A DNA stretch of 64,000 bases from Haliotis cracherodii (taxonomy: Eukaryota). Position 1 is the stretch's first letter. Each line of letters starts with the position of its first letter. The notes below the pieces were generated by a model that was given only the letters and a program-made list of their open reading frames with translations, had not been told where the DNA came from and ran no database searches. A program made the translations under genes and the position numbers. The DNA lies in contig NW_027266275.1 in NCBI RefSeq assembly GCF_022045235.1, positions 73,966,001-74,030,000 of the forward strand, read 5' to 3'. This document shows, piece by piece, positions 51,401 to 64,000 of this stretch.

Positions 51401-52355
51401 GTAACACAGATCGGGTTGTGTGTTCTGTCTTGTAACACAGATCGGGTTGTGTGTCCTGCCTTGTAACACAGAACGGGTTGTGTGTTCTGTCTTGTAACAC
51501 TCAGATCGGGTTGTGTGTTCTGCCTTGAAACACTCAGATCGGGTTGTGTGTTCTGCCTTGTAGTAAGATCGGGTTGTGTGTTTTGCCTTGTAGTAAGATC
51601 GGGTTGTGTGTTCTGCCTTGAAACACTCAGATCGGGTTGTGTGTTCTGCCTTGTAGTAAGATCGGGTTGTGTGTTTTGCCTTGTAGTAAGATCGGGTTGT
51701 GTGTTCTGCCTTGAAACACTCAGATCGGGTTGTGTGTTCTGTCTTGTAACACTCAGATCGGGCTGTGTGTCCTGCCTTGTAACACAGATCGGGTTGTGAG
51801 TTCTGTCTTGTAGTAAGATCGGGTTGTGTGTCCTGCCTTGTAGTAAGATCGGGTTGTGTGTTCTGCCTTGAAACACTCAGATCGGGTTGTGTGTTCTGCC
51901 TTGTAGTAAGATCGGGTTGTGTGTTTTGCCTTGTAGTAAGATCGGGTTGTGTGTTCTGCCTTGAAACACTCAGATCGGGTTGTGTGTTCTGTCTTGTAAC
52001 ACTCAGATCGGGTTGTGTGTCCTGCCTTGTAACACAGATCGGGTTGTGAGTTCTGTCTTGTAGTAAGATCGGGTTGTGTGTCCTGCCTTGTAGTAAGATC
52101 GGGTTGTGTGTTCTGCCTTGAAACACTCAGATCGGGTTGTGTGTTCTGCCTTGTAGTAAGATCGGGTTGTGTGTTTTGCCTTGTAGTAAGATCGGGTTGT
52201 GTGTTCTGCCTTGAAACACTCAGATCGGGTTGTGTGTTCTGCCTTGAAACACTCAGATCGGATTGTGTGTTCTGCCTTGTAACACTCAGATCGGGTTGTG
52301 TGTTCTGCCTTGAAACACAGATCGGGTTGTGTGTTCTGCCTTGTAACGCTCAGAT
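45440..52355. repeat. ~6.9-kb 30-34-bp minisatellite with higher-order structure
   Basis: Unit cagatcgggttgtgtgttctgccttgtaaca(ct). Confidence 0.97.
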
Positions 52356-53218
52356 TAGGATGTCTCTTATTCCTCCGTTCTACCCCACTTCCACATATCA
52401 GCTGTTTCATCATCTGGATGCGGTGTATTGCGTTTACCATTAAATCTCTGAAGGTAATTCCACTGGATAATTACACGATATCCCTTGAGGTAGAATAATT
52501 AATAATAACCTTCAGTGATTACAAACTTTCAAACAAATTAACCGAAGTCATTCGCCCGTTAGTTTCAATTCTGTGGACAGATTGCATGCTCAATATCCAT
52601 CTTCCTTTTAATCTAAAGTGAAAACAGATTTAATCACTTTTGACTTTGCTTTATTTTTCACTCTTTTAAACATGATATTGCTTTGGTCCGGACACCGACT
52701 TCAGTCAATAGATGCCCATCAGGTAACCTGTCAAATGGTTAATCAATTTGCAAATTGGCTGAGTGAATCATTCGTTTTGAAAATTGCTTGGCTGAAAACG
52801 TCAGTTTTTTAATAAATTGTCTGGATTTCGCTATTGATTATCACATATAGATGTCAAAACGAAGAAGACAAATATCATAGATTATCTATTCAATATTCTA
52901 TCGCGGAGTCATATGTCGGAATCACCCTTTCCCGACGGTTCCGACTTTAGAATATATATAGCATGATGTGACATCACCGGTAGTATATTGGTACTGTGTG
53001 CTTGTTCACCTAATAGATGCATTCCGAAATAACGATAAATGGAGTACGCTCTCGCACGCACGTACACGCACGTACACGCACGCACGCACGCACTCACGCA
53101 CGCACAAATGCGCCCTACCATAATGTACATGAACAACATATCATTATCAGTGCGGAACATTGGCTGGTCAGTTAAGAGGTTTGGGGCTATAGTTGGAAGG
53201 GTTCCAATAACCAGTGTA

Positions 53219-53478
53219 GACCCGAGAAGATCCGGTTTAGAATAGATCTTCAGCAACCCATGCTTGCTGTAAAAGGCGACTATAGTTGTCTTAAGAGGCG
53301 ACTAACGCTATCGGGTGGTCAGATTCGCTGACTTGGTTGATGCATTTCATCGCATCCCAATTGCGATGCTCATGATGCCAATCACTTGATTGTCTGGCTC
53401 AGACTCGATTATTTACATACCGCCGTCAAATAGCTGGAATATTGCTGAGTGCGGCGTTAAACAACAAACAAACAAACA
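53219..53478 (+). mobile_element. Family A SINE-like element, full length
   Basis: Starts gacccgagaagatccgg like the 1031 copy; ends (aaac)n. Confidence 0.88.
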
Positions 53479-54280
53479 TAGCTTATTTGTCTGTAAAAAG
53501 CGGCGTTAAACACAGCTCACTCACTCACTATTTGTCTGTGATTACCAAATTGCACGTAACTTTCGAATTTTAAAACCAAATCTAACAAATCGCTGTCGAG
53601 TGCAAGTTTAACGAACTTAATTTTTATAATCTGTTGTATGTTGGCGACACGTACAGTGGGAGGTGGAGGATGAATAAGCTCATATACTCAGTACCCTAAC
53701 GAACTGTCGGCGCCCAGACGCCTGAACCATATACATGTATTAATATCACCATGTTTCGCCGCTCAGTAGCCGCTTGATGACAGCCGCTAACATTTCTCCT
53801 CCAGACAGAACGTATACCTCTTTCAGGGTTGTCGTGGCGAGTATCGATCTTGTATTCCTGCGGGGATTGGAGTACGAATCTACGTACAGTCTCTAATATC
53901 TTGCCATGAGAACATGATTGAAACGTCTCTGTTATTATTTTGTGAGTTGCAACTAGACCAACGCCTTATATCCCTGTCGCAGCCACCAACACGTTGTTAG
54001 ATGGTTTTAGGTAAATATACGTGTTTCATAATTGTATGAGATGCACTGTCATAGTTAACAGCACGTCTTTAATATTCCAAATACCTCACATCCATCGACC
54101 CCACATACACGAGAGCCTTTGATCTTTATGTACCAGACTGCGCCGTGCATGGCAGACAAAAGTGGGAGACGTCGTTGACGGCGGACGTTAACTCCAAACT
54201 GGGTTCGGCAAAGTCTCATCATGATAAGACTGTTGGAACGTCACGTACTGAAGAAAGATAATCCTGCTTGGATATAGCTA

Positions 54281-54606
54281 ACGTCATGCACGACTTTCAT
54301 CTGGACGTGTTTGTACGCAGCGTCGTTTACGACATCCTCCTGCTTGAGAATACAACGGACGTCATGCACGACTTTCAACTGGACGTGTTTATACGCAGTA
54401 TCGTTTACGACATCCTCCTGCTGGAGGATACAAGGGGACGTCATGCACGACTTTCATCTGGACGTGTTTGTATGCAGCGTCGTTTACGACATCCTCCTGC
54501 TTGAGAATACAACGGACGTCATGCACGACTTTCAACTGGACGTGTTTGTACGCAGTATCGTTTACGACATCCCCCTGCTGGAGGATACAAGGGGACGTCA
54601 TGCACG
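54281..54606. repeat. 78/79-bp tandem repeat, about 4 copies (157-bp dimer)
   Basis: Unit cgtcatgcacgactttca..tggacgtgttt..cgtttacgacatcctcctgct. Confidence 0.85.
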
Positions 54607-55912
54607 GCAGATTGCTGTTACTACGACGTCGTGGACGGTGGAATGCCACCCTCTGCTTGTATATCAAGGAATAACAAGCCATGTCCGGTTGCCTACTCGC
54701 CACTAGTCTGCCACATTTCCACCACGAGATTCAGCCCCGCCAGTTAACCGAGATTGCTAAATGTAGCGTTTGCTTTTCTAAAGATTACGGCAAATCGTCG
54801 TAGTCGGCTGCAGGCGTCCTCTATGTACCACGGGGAGTAATAAGAGTGTGGGGGGTAAAGAGTAGTAGGGGGGTGAGGGCAGGGGGAGGGCCAAGGGGTC
54901 TAGAGGAAGGCAGTATAAGTATTGATTAACCTGGAGGATTCATTTTGAACTTTTATGAACCTATTTAATAACAGTCTCGATAAGACAAATTGAAATTTTA
55001 TCAGTAGCCCCATCGCTTAGACGCTAGATTTGCCACATAATTAATATGAACAGTGACTCAAGTTTTACAACAAGTGAAGGATTTCTCATGTCTCGCCACA
55101 GCTATGAAAGTCAATTGATTAGAGCTGTAGACCAGCAGTTGTCTCCCTTAGACCAGTTTCTGTAATCCCCGGAGTGGAATTATTTTCCGTGAGATGGTGC
55201 GCTGGTTGAGATACGGCGTCTGGCCGGCTGCCTACTGTTGCAACACTGGAGGTTGCTAGCGAGATTATCTACTGGGTTCAATTTGCCAAATGTGAGTCCG
55301 GCGTGGTTCGACCAGTGGCTTTTAGTAGGGCTCTTGTACTGATAAACGTACGCCGAAATCCAACCGCGAACGGCATTAAAATGGTTCATGATTATTCGTC
55401 TCTGTAAAATTGTGTAGAAGCCACAGAATGAATCTCTTTAAATAACATGATGTCTTAGACCAACAATTGGATATAACCTCCTCGATATGATTAATGTATG
55501 GTGCCCGTTAAACATACCATTTATCACTTAATGCGAGAAAGAACGACAAAAATAAGGAGCTGCGTTGTATCAGAATAAAAAGAACATACAAATCGTTTCA
55601 AACTTCCAAGGCCTATTGCCTAAAATCAATAAGTTGCAAAAAACATCTCGCCAAGATGTGATGGTGGTGTTTTTTGACTGGTTCCGTGCCGATGCGACTC
55701 GCTGTGACCTACGGCCATCAATACGGAACACCGTGATGGGGAAACATGCATGTTTAAAGCAATTGCAGAGTCGGAGCTCGGTCTGGTATACGTCACACGT
55801 CTTTCGGGGAGTTTAAATGACGACACAGATGACAACTTGCGAAATCCCGTTATAGTGATTAACCCTTTACCGTCTATATCTCATAGGGGCCGTTTTTAAA
55901 TCTGATTATTTT

Positions 55913-57135
55913 AACCGTCAGGTCACATCCGTTCTGAGTATCAACCGTCAGGTCACATCCATTCTGAGTACCAACCGTCATGCTACATCCATTCTGAGTA
56001 TCAGCCGTCAGGTCACATCCATTTTGAGTATCAACCGTCATGCTAAATCCATTTTCAGTATCAATCGTCATGTGACATCCATTTTGAGTATCAATCGTCA
56101 TCCTACATCCATTTTGAGTATCAGCCGTCAGGTCACATCCATTTTGAGTATCAACCATCATGCTACATCCATTTTGAGTATCAATCGTCATGTCACATCC
56201 ATTTTGAGTATCAATCGTCATGTCACATCCATTTTGAGTATCAACCATCATGCTACATCCGTTTTGAGTATCAATCGTCAGGTCACATCTATTTTGAGTA
56301 TCAACCGTCATGCGACATCTGTCCTGAGTATCAATCGTCATCCTACAACTATTCTGAGTATCAACCTTCAGGTGACATCCATTCTGAGCATCAACCGTCA
56401 TGTCACATCCATTCTGTGTATCAACCGTCATGTCACATCCATTCTGAGTATCAACCGTCATGTCACATCCATTCTGTGTATCAACCGTCATGTCACATCC
56501 ATTCTGAGTATCAACCGTCAGGTCACATCCATTCTGAGCATCAACCGTCATGTCACATCCATTCTGAGCATCAACAGTCATGTCACATCCATTCTGAGTA
56601 TCAACCGTCATGTCACATTCATTCTGAGTATCAACCGTCATGTCACATCCATTCTGAGCATCAATCGTCATGTCACATCCATTCTGAGCATCAACCGTCA
56701 TGTCACATTCATTCTGAGTATCAACCGTCATGTCACATCCATTTTGAGTATCAACCGTCATTTCACATCCATTTTGAGTATCAACAGTCAGGCGTCATCC
56801 ATTAGTGATTAACCCTTTACCGTCTCTATATCATGGGGGCCGTTTTTAAATCTGTCACATCCGTTCTTAATATTAGCCGTCAGGTCACATCCGTTCTGAG
56901 TATCAACCGTCAGGTCACATCCGTTTTGAGTATCATGGCAACCGTCAGGTCACATCCATTCCGAGTATCAACCGTCACGCATCCATTCTGAGTATCAACC
57001 GTCATGTGACATCCGTTTTGAGTTTCAACCGTCATGTGACATCCGTTTTGAGTATCAACCGTCATGTCACATCCGTTTTGAGTATCAACCGTCATGTCAC
57101 ATCCGTTTTGAGTATCAACCGTCATGTCACATCCG
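55913..57135. repeat. 30-bp minisatellite in two blocks
   Basis: Unit tcaaccgtcatgtcacatccattctgagta; both blocks are preceded by the same ~50-bp leader. Confidence 0.93.
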
Positions 57136-57272
57136 CCAGTATCACTCACCATCTGCCCCGTAAACTGTGAGTAAATACAAGGATAGAATGATAACCTATG
57201 AGGCTCACATCTCAGGATTTGCGTCATGGTGAGCACTTATGTTGTGGACACTTCATTATGCCACTGAGGTAT

Positions 57273-57354
57273 CATCTTCCCGCGGCAAAGGTGTTAACTG
57301 ACTTTATGAGAAAGTTCTCATAAAGTCAGTTAACACCTTTGCCGCGGGAAGATG
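57273..57354. repeat. Perfect palindrome, 40-bp arms with a 2-nt spacer
   Basis: catcttcccgcggcaaaggtgttaactgactttatgagaa AG ttctcataaagtcagttaacacctttgccgcgggaagatg. Confidence 0.97.
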
Positions 57355-57459
57355 CTGACATATATGTATCCACAAACACCTGAATCAAATGAGCACATTG
57401 TTCCCTGTGACAAGCCAGCAATTATGCAGGGTTTGTTGCCCTTGCAGTGATCAAGTACT

Positions 57460-58382
57460 AGCAGAAAAATGACTTAACACCTGAAGCCACCCAAGTAGAT
57501 ACAAGTACAACAGAATGACCCTTCCTGAGGCATCGTAAAGAGGTGGACAGCAGACATTTAAGTGGAGCGGGGAGAGATTGGAAAAGGAGGCCCGTCCTTA
57601 AAGGTCTGTGACGTCCTCGACACCAGAAATGATCAAGAGAATCCACGCTATGGTGATGACCGATCGGCGAATGACTGAACGTCATATTGCTAGTTCACAT
57701 GGCATTTCCCAGGAGAGTATGTTTCATTATCACTGAAAATTTGGCAAGGAAGAAAGTATCAGCGCGTTGGGTTCCAAAGCTTCTGATATCTGATCTAGGC
57801 ACAACACGTCTCGTAATAATCTATCTCTGTTTGAAGCTGATTCAATGATTTGTGACCATGGATAAAATCTGGTTTCACCACTTCACAACAGTCCAAAGAA
57901 CAATCAAAACAGTGGAAGCCTTTGACATCACCACCATCACCACCAAAGAAAGCAAAGACTGTCCCAGTAGCTGGTAGGCTATCATCCAAAAGGCTAGACA
58001 ATAAACGGAGCATATTATAAACGTAACTGCACTTTTGGAATTAAGACTAGGTAGCGTTGGAAGTTGAGAAAAGTTGTGCTCTTCCACCAGGACATATGCA
58101 CCAGTGTAGTATAAGTAAATTACTATGGTTACAATCCACTAGTGTGGCTTTCATGTATTCCAGGACCTACCTTATTTTCCTGATCTGGCTCCGTCAGACT
58201 ACAAAGAAAGCTCTAGGCGAAACTCATATCGACTCCAACGATAAGGACATGACAGCCGTGGAGAAATTTTCAAGGACTTCTACGAAACTGGGATAAAATA
58301 TCTCCAACATTGTTGGCAAAAGTGTATTAGTAAGGGAAAGTATTTCTTTCTGAGGCTCAGAACTTATCAAGTACTCTCAGTA
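57460..58382 (+). mobile_element. Decayed mariner transposase and right end
   Basis: KVSARWVPKLL (WVP at 57768), FVTMDKIW, KEQSKQW, PYFPDLAPSDY (58170-58202), WQKCI; mariner-like right end ggctcagaacttatcaa...TA. Confidence 0.85.
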
Positions 58383-58423
58383 TAACGTCAGCAGTCTCAA
58401 CCACCATGGGTATCAAAAAGCAA

Positions 58424-61380
58424 GTCACATCCACCCAGGTAACACCCCCCCTCTACGTCCGTCACATCCACCCAGGTAACACCCCCCCTCTACGTCCGTC
58501 ACATCCACCAGGTAAAAACACCCCCTCTAAGTCCGTCACATCCACCCAGGTAAAAAAACCCCCTCTACGTCCGTCACATCCACCCAGGTAACACCGACCC
58601 CCCCTCTACGTCCGTCACATCCACCCAGGTAACAACACCCCCCTCTACGTCCGTCACATTCACCCAGGTAACAACACCCCCCTCTACGTCCGTCACATCC
58701 ACCCAGGTAACACCCCCCCTCTACGTCCGTCACATTCACCCAGGTAACAACACCCCCCCTCTACGTCCGTCACATCCACCCAGGTAACACCCCCCCCCTC
58801 TACGTCCGTCACATCCACCCAGGTAACAACACCCCCCTCTACGTCCGTCACATTCACCCAGGTAACAACATCCCCCTCTACGTCCGTCACATCCACCCAA
58901 GGTAACAACACCCCCCTCTACGTCCGTCACATTCACCCAGGTAACAACATCCCCCTCTACGTCCGTCACATCCACCCAGGTAACAACACCCCCCTCTACG
59001 TCCGTCACATTCACCCAGGTAACAACATCCCCCTCTACGTCCGTCACATCCACCCAAGGTAACAACAACCCCTTTACGTCTGTCACATTCACCCAGGTAA
59101 GAACACCCCCCTCTACGTCCGTCACATCCACCCAGGTAACAACACCCCCTCTACGTCCGTCACATCCACCCAGGTAACACCCCATCCTCCCACCTCTACG
59201 TCCGTCACACCCACCCAGGTAACAACACCCACATCTACGTCCGTCACATCCACCCAGGTAACAACACCCCCCTCTACGTCCGTCACGTTCACCCAGGTAA
59301 CAACACCCCCTCTACGTCCGTCACATCCACCCCAGGTAACAACACCCCCCCCCCCCCTCTACTCTGTCACATCCACCCAGGTAACAACACCCCCCTCTAC
59401 GTCCGTCACATCCACCCCATGTAACAACATTCCTCTCTACGTCCGTCACATCCACCCAGGTAATAACACCCACATCTACGTCCGTCACATCCACCCAGGT
59501 AACAACACACCCCTCTACGTCCGTCACATCCACGCCATGTAACAACACTCCTCTCTTCTTCCGTCACATCCACCCAGATAACAACACTCCTCTCTACGTC
59601 CGTCGCATCCACCCGGGGAAACAACACTCCTTTCTACGTCCGCCATATCTAACAAAGTAACAACGTTCCTCCCTAGGTAACAGTAACGACAGTCCTCTCT
59701 ACGTCCGTCACATCAAAAACACCCTTCTTTATGTCCGTCACATATAGCCGGGGTAACAACATTCCTCCTTATGACCGTCACATCCACCCGGTGAAAACAA
59801 TACTCATCTCTACGTCTGTCACATCCACCCAGGTAACAACACTCCTCCCTACGTCCGTCACACCCAACAAGGTAACAACATACCTTTCTACGTCCGTCAC
59901 ATCAAACCAGGGTAACAACATTCCTCTCGACGTCCATCACATCAAACCGGGGTACAACATTCCTCTCTACGTCCGTCACATCAAACCGGGGTAACAACAT
60001 TCGTCTCGACATCCGTCACATAAAACCGCGGTAACAACATTCCTCTCGACGTCCGTCACATCAAACCAGGGTAACAACACTCGTCTCTACTTCCGTCACA
60101 TCAACTCCTTGTAACAACATTCCTCTCTACTTCCGTCACATCAAACCGGGGAAACACCATTTCTCTCTACTTCCGTCACATCAACCCAGGGTAACAACAC
60201 TCGTCTCTACTTCCGCCACATCCACCCCTTATAACAACATTCCTCTCTACTTCCGTCACATCAACCCTGGGTAACAACATTCCTCTTTACGTCCATCACA
60301 TCAAACCGGGGTAACAACATTCCTCTCTACGTCCGTCACATCAAACCGGGGTAACAACACTCGTCTCGACATCCGCCACATCAAACCGGGGTAACAACAT
60401 TCCTATCGACGTCCGTCACATCAAACCGGGGTAACAACATTCCTCTCTACGTCCGTCACATCAAACCGGGGTAACAACATTCCTCTCTACTTCCATCACA
60501 TCCACCCGGTGTAACAACATTCCTCTCTACTTCCGTCACACCCAACCGGGGTAACTACATTCCTCTCTACTTCCGTCACATCCACCCGGGGTAACAACAT
60601 TCCTCTCTACGTCCGTCACATCCACCCGGGGTAATTACATTTCTCTCTACTTCCGTCACATCTACCCGGGGTAATTACATTCCTCTCTACTTCCGTCACA
60701 TCCACCCAGGTAACAACACTCCTCTCTACGTCCGTCACACCCAACAAGGTAACAACATTCCTTTCTACGTCCGTCACATCAAACCAGGGTAACAACATTC
60801 CTCTCGACGTCCATCACATCAAACCGGGGTACAACATTCCTCTCTACGTCCGTCACATCAAACCGGGGTAACAACATTCGTCTCGACATCCGTCACATAA
60901 AACCGGGGTAACAACATTCCTCTCGACGTCCGACGCATCAAACCGGGGTACAACATTCCTCTCTACGTCCGTCACATTAAACCGGGGTAATAACATTCCT
61001 CTCGACGTCCGTCACATCCACCCGGGGTAACAACATTCCTCTCTACTTCCATCACATCCACCCGGGGTAACAACATTCCTCTCTACTTCCATCACATCCA
61101 CCCGGTGTAACAACATTCCTCTCTACTTCCGTCACACCCACCCGGGGTAACTACATTCCTCTCTACTTCCGTCACATCCACCCGGGGTAACAACATTCCT
61201 CTCTACGTCCGTCACATCCACCCGGGGTAACAACATTCCTCTCTACGTCCGTCACATCCACCCGGGGTAACAACATTCCTCCCTACTTTCGTCATATCTA
61301 CCCGGGGTAATTACATTTCTCTCTACTTCCGTCACATCCACCCGAGGTAACAACATTCCTCTCTACTTCCGTCACATCCA
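58424..61380. repeat. ~40-bp minisatellite with a sequence gradient
   Basis: ctctacgtccgtcacatccacccaggtaacaacacccc grading into ...atcaaaccggggtaacaacattcct. Confidence 0.95.
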
Positions 61381-62174
61381 CGTACGTGATCAAAACTCTT
61401 ACAGTACATTATGGGCTGTACAGATGGACATAACGCAGCACCAGACACCGCATGTTTACAGTAGTCAAGGTGATATATCTTCCTTTGTCATGTACTGTAT
61501 ATTTATAATTATATAATAGCATCAGATGATCTATGTAGGCTTCTCTATGTCGAAAAGTGGATATACCATGACATAAGACAACCTGTCACTGTCTCTATTC
61601 ATCGTGGCCTGTTCTCTGCTGGAGGGGATCCACATGTTATTCACAGAAATGACGCATCACTCACGTTTGACTTGCCAACCCGGATCGGAAACCGGCCATG
61701 ATAATGCTGTCGATAGTCAAGTCTTGTTACGTGATTTATGGTGGTCTATTGTAAATGTGTTGATGTAGAGAGCTTCCGACTGTTGTTTCCTATTATTAAG
61801 CTCACATTTCTGTAAATCTCACAGAGGTGGGCACTGGGGTGAGAACCTATGGCATCTGAGGACAATATCTGTGGTATAATCACCAGGTGGGAGACATGGG
61901 ATGCCAGTGCAGCGTGCAGGCTTGGCTGATACCAATGTTTGAACGTGTGCATATCAATTTGCAATTATCAGAGCTCTCCGGCTGATCGGGTGACCATGAT
62001 TAGGACATACTCAATTTGTCCTATACTTCATCTCAATAAATTTGCAATGGATCATGCTTAAATAGATGTTTGGGTAAGTTGATTACCGCCATCGATAGGC
62101 TGAAATTGATACAGATTATCAGAGACTTGTGGGGGGAATGTCAAGGTCGAGGTGACGAGGTCAAGGGAGGTACT

Positions 62175-62390
62175 GGTGTAGGAGGTTGTGTTATGGGGCA
62201 CACGGAGGTGTAGGTGATTGTGTTATAGACCACGTGGAGGCGTAGGTGATTGTGGTATTGGTCACACAGAGGTGTAGGTGATTGTGTTACAGACCACGTG
62301 GAGGTGTAGGTGGTGGTGGTGGTATTGGGCACACCGAGGTGTAGGTGTTTGTGTTATAGACCACGTGGAGGTGTAGGTGGTTGTGTGGGA
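62175..62390. repeat. Short GT-rich tandem repeat
   Basis: gaggtgtaggtgattgtgttatagaccacgtggagg repeated about 3 times. Confidence 0.7.
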
Positions 62391-62419
62391 GGTTAAAATA
62401 TAGTAATACACGTCGACAG

Positions 62420-64000
62420 GACAGTAACACACGTCCAAAACACAGTAACACACATCCACAACACAGTAACACACATCCACAACACAGTAACACATCCACA
62501 ACACAGTAAGACACATCCACAACACAGTAAGACACATCCACAACACAGTAACACGCATCCACAACAGAGTAACACACATCCACGACACAGTAACACACAT
62601 CCATAACACAGTAACACACATCCACAACACAGCAACACACATCCACAACACAGGAACACACATCCACAACAAAGTAACACACATTCACAACACAGTAACA
62701 CACGTCCACAACACAGTAACACACATCCACAACACAGTAACGCACATCCACAACACAGTAACACACATCCACAACACAGTAACACACATCCACAACATAG
62801 TAACACACATCCACAACACAGAACCACAAGTCCACAATACAGTAACACACATCCACACCACAGTAAGACACATCCGCAACACATTAACGCACATCCATAA
62901 CACAGCTACACACATCCATAACACAGTAACACACATCCACAACACAGTAACACACATCCACAACAAAGTAACACACATCCACAAAACAGTACCACACATC
63001 CACAACACAGTAACACACATCCACAACACAGTAACACCCACCCACAACACAGTAACACACATCCACAGCACAGTAACACACATCCATAACACAGTAACAC
63101 ACATCCACAACACAGTAACACACATCCACAACTCAGGAAGACACATCCACAACACAGTAACACACATCCACAACACAGTAACGCACATCCACAACACAGT
63201 AACACACATCCACAACACAGTAACACACATCCACAACACAGTAACACACATCCACAACACAGTAACACACATCCACAACACAGTAACACACATCCACAAC
63301 TCAGGAAGACACATCCACAACACAGTAACACACATCCACAACTCAGGAAGACACATCCACAACACAGTAACACACATCCACAACACAGTAACGCACATCC
63401 ACAGCACAGTAACACACATCCACAGCACAGTAACACACATCCATAACACAGTAACGCACATCCACAGCACAGTAACGCACATCCACAACACAGTAACACA
63501 CATCCACAACACAGTAACACACATCCATAACACAGTAACACACATCCACAACACAGTAACACACATCCACAACTCAGGAAGACACATCCACAACACAGTT
63601 ACACACACCCACAACACAGTAACACACATCCACAACATAGTAACACACATCCACAACACAGTAACACACATCCATAACACAGTAACGCACATCCACAACA
63701 CAGTAACGCACATCCACAACACAGTAACACACATCCATAACACAGTTACACACATCCACAACACAGTAACACCCACCCACAACACAGTAACACACATCCA
63801 CAACACAGTAACACACATCCACAACACAGTAACACCCACCCACAACACAGTAACACACATCCACAACACAGGAAGACACATCCACAACACAGTAACGCAC
63901 ATCCATAACACAGTTACACACATCCACAACACAGGAAGACACATCCACAACACAGGAAGACACATCCACAACACAGTAACGCACATCCATAACACAGTTA
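62420..64000. repeat. 21-bp minisatellite running off the window end
   Basis: Unit acacatccacaacacagtaac. Confidence 0.95.

Noticed and set aside
45340-52443. Dozens of overlapping Cys/Thr-rich ORFs, or a CRISPR array
   Set aside because: Satellite translations; units are contiguous with no unique spacers, the context is eukaryotic and there are no cas genes.
52350-52500. RFNGKR neuropeptide-like cleavage and amidation site on the minus strand
   Set aside because: Short frame bounded by stops, no signal peptide or repeated peptides; expected by chance.
55874-56812. MTVDTQNGCD-repeat ORF (antifreeze/ice-nucleation-like)
   Set aside because: 30-bp repeat open on both strands, with no evidence of gene structure.
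58424-61380. Array of RFX X-boxes (GGTAAC) regulating IFT56
   Set aside because: Half-sites only, without the 5' GT arm, and about 15 kb from the promoter.
62262-63995. Cys-rich keratin-associated or metallothionein-like ORFs
   Set aside because: Translations of a 21-bp minisatellite.

Overview
Eukaryotic genomic DNA, probably a gastropod mollusc (abalone-like; inferred from the SINE content and not confirmed). About 40% is minisatellite. Genes, all on the minus strand: two intronless class A GPCR paralogues (1973-3028, 10383-11303) and a complete 17-exon IFT56/TTC26 gene (ATG at 43649). I reconstructed the IFT56 exons by hand; all have GT-AG sites and consistent phases, giving 554-555 aa. 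Highlights: (1) IFT56 has two intact, diverged copies of its last exon (28443-28554 and 26792-26906), suggesting alternative C-termini. (2) Several minisatellites are amplified pieces of IFT56 exon boundaries: ten tandem copies of the exon-16 splice acceptor, an array built from the last codons plus stop, and an intron-13 array resembling the exon-14 acceptor. (3) A SINE-like family with no tRNA head matches both ends of an internally deleted I/Nimb-type LINE in the same window. (4) A Penelope remnant upstream of IFT56 carries a hammerhead-like motif. Also present: three tRNA-headed SINE families (one MetaSINE-like), RT-LINE, Crypton and mariner remnants, and two long hairpins. Most long ORFs in the supplied track are translations of tandem repeats, not genes.
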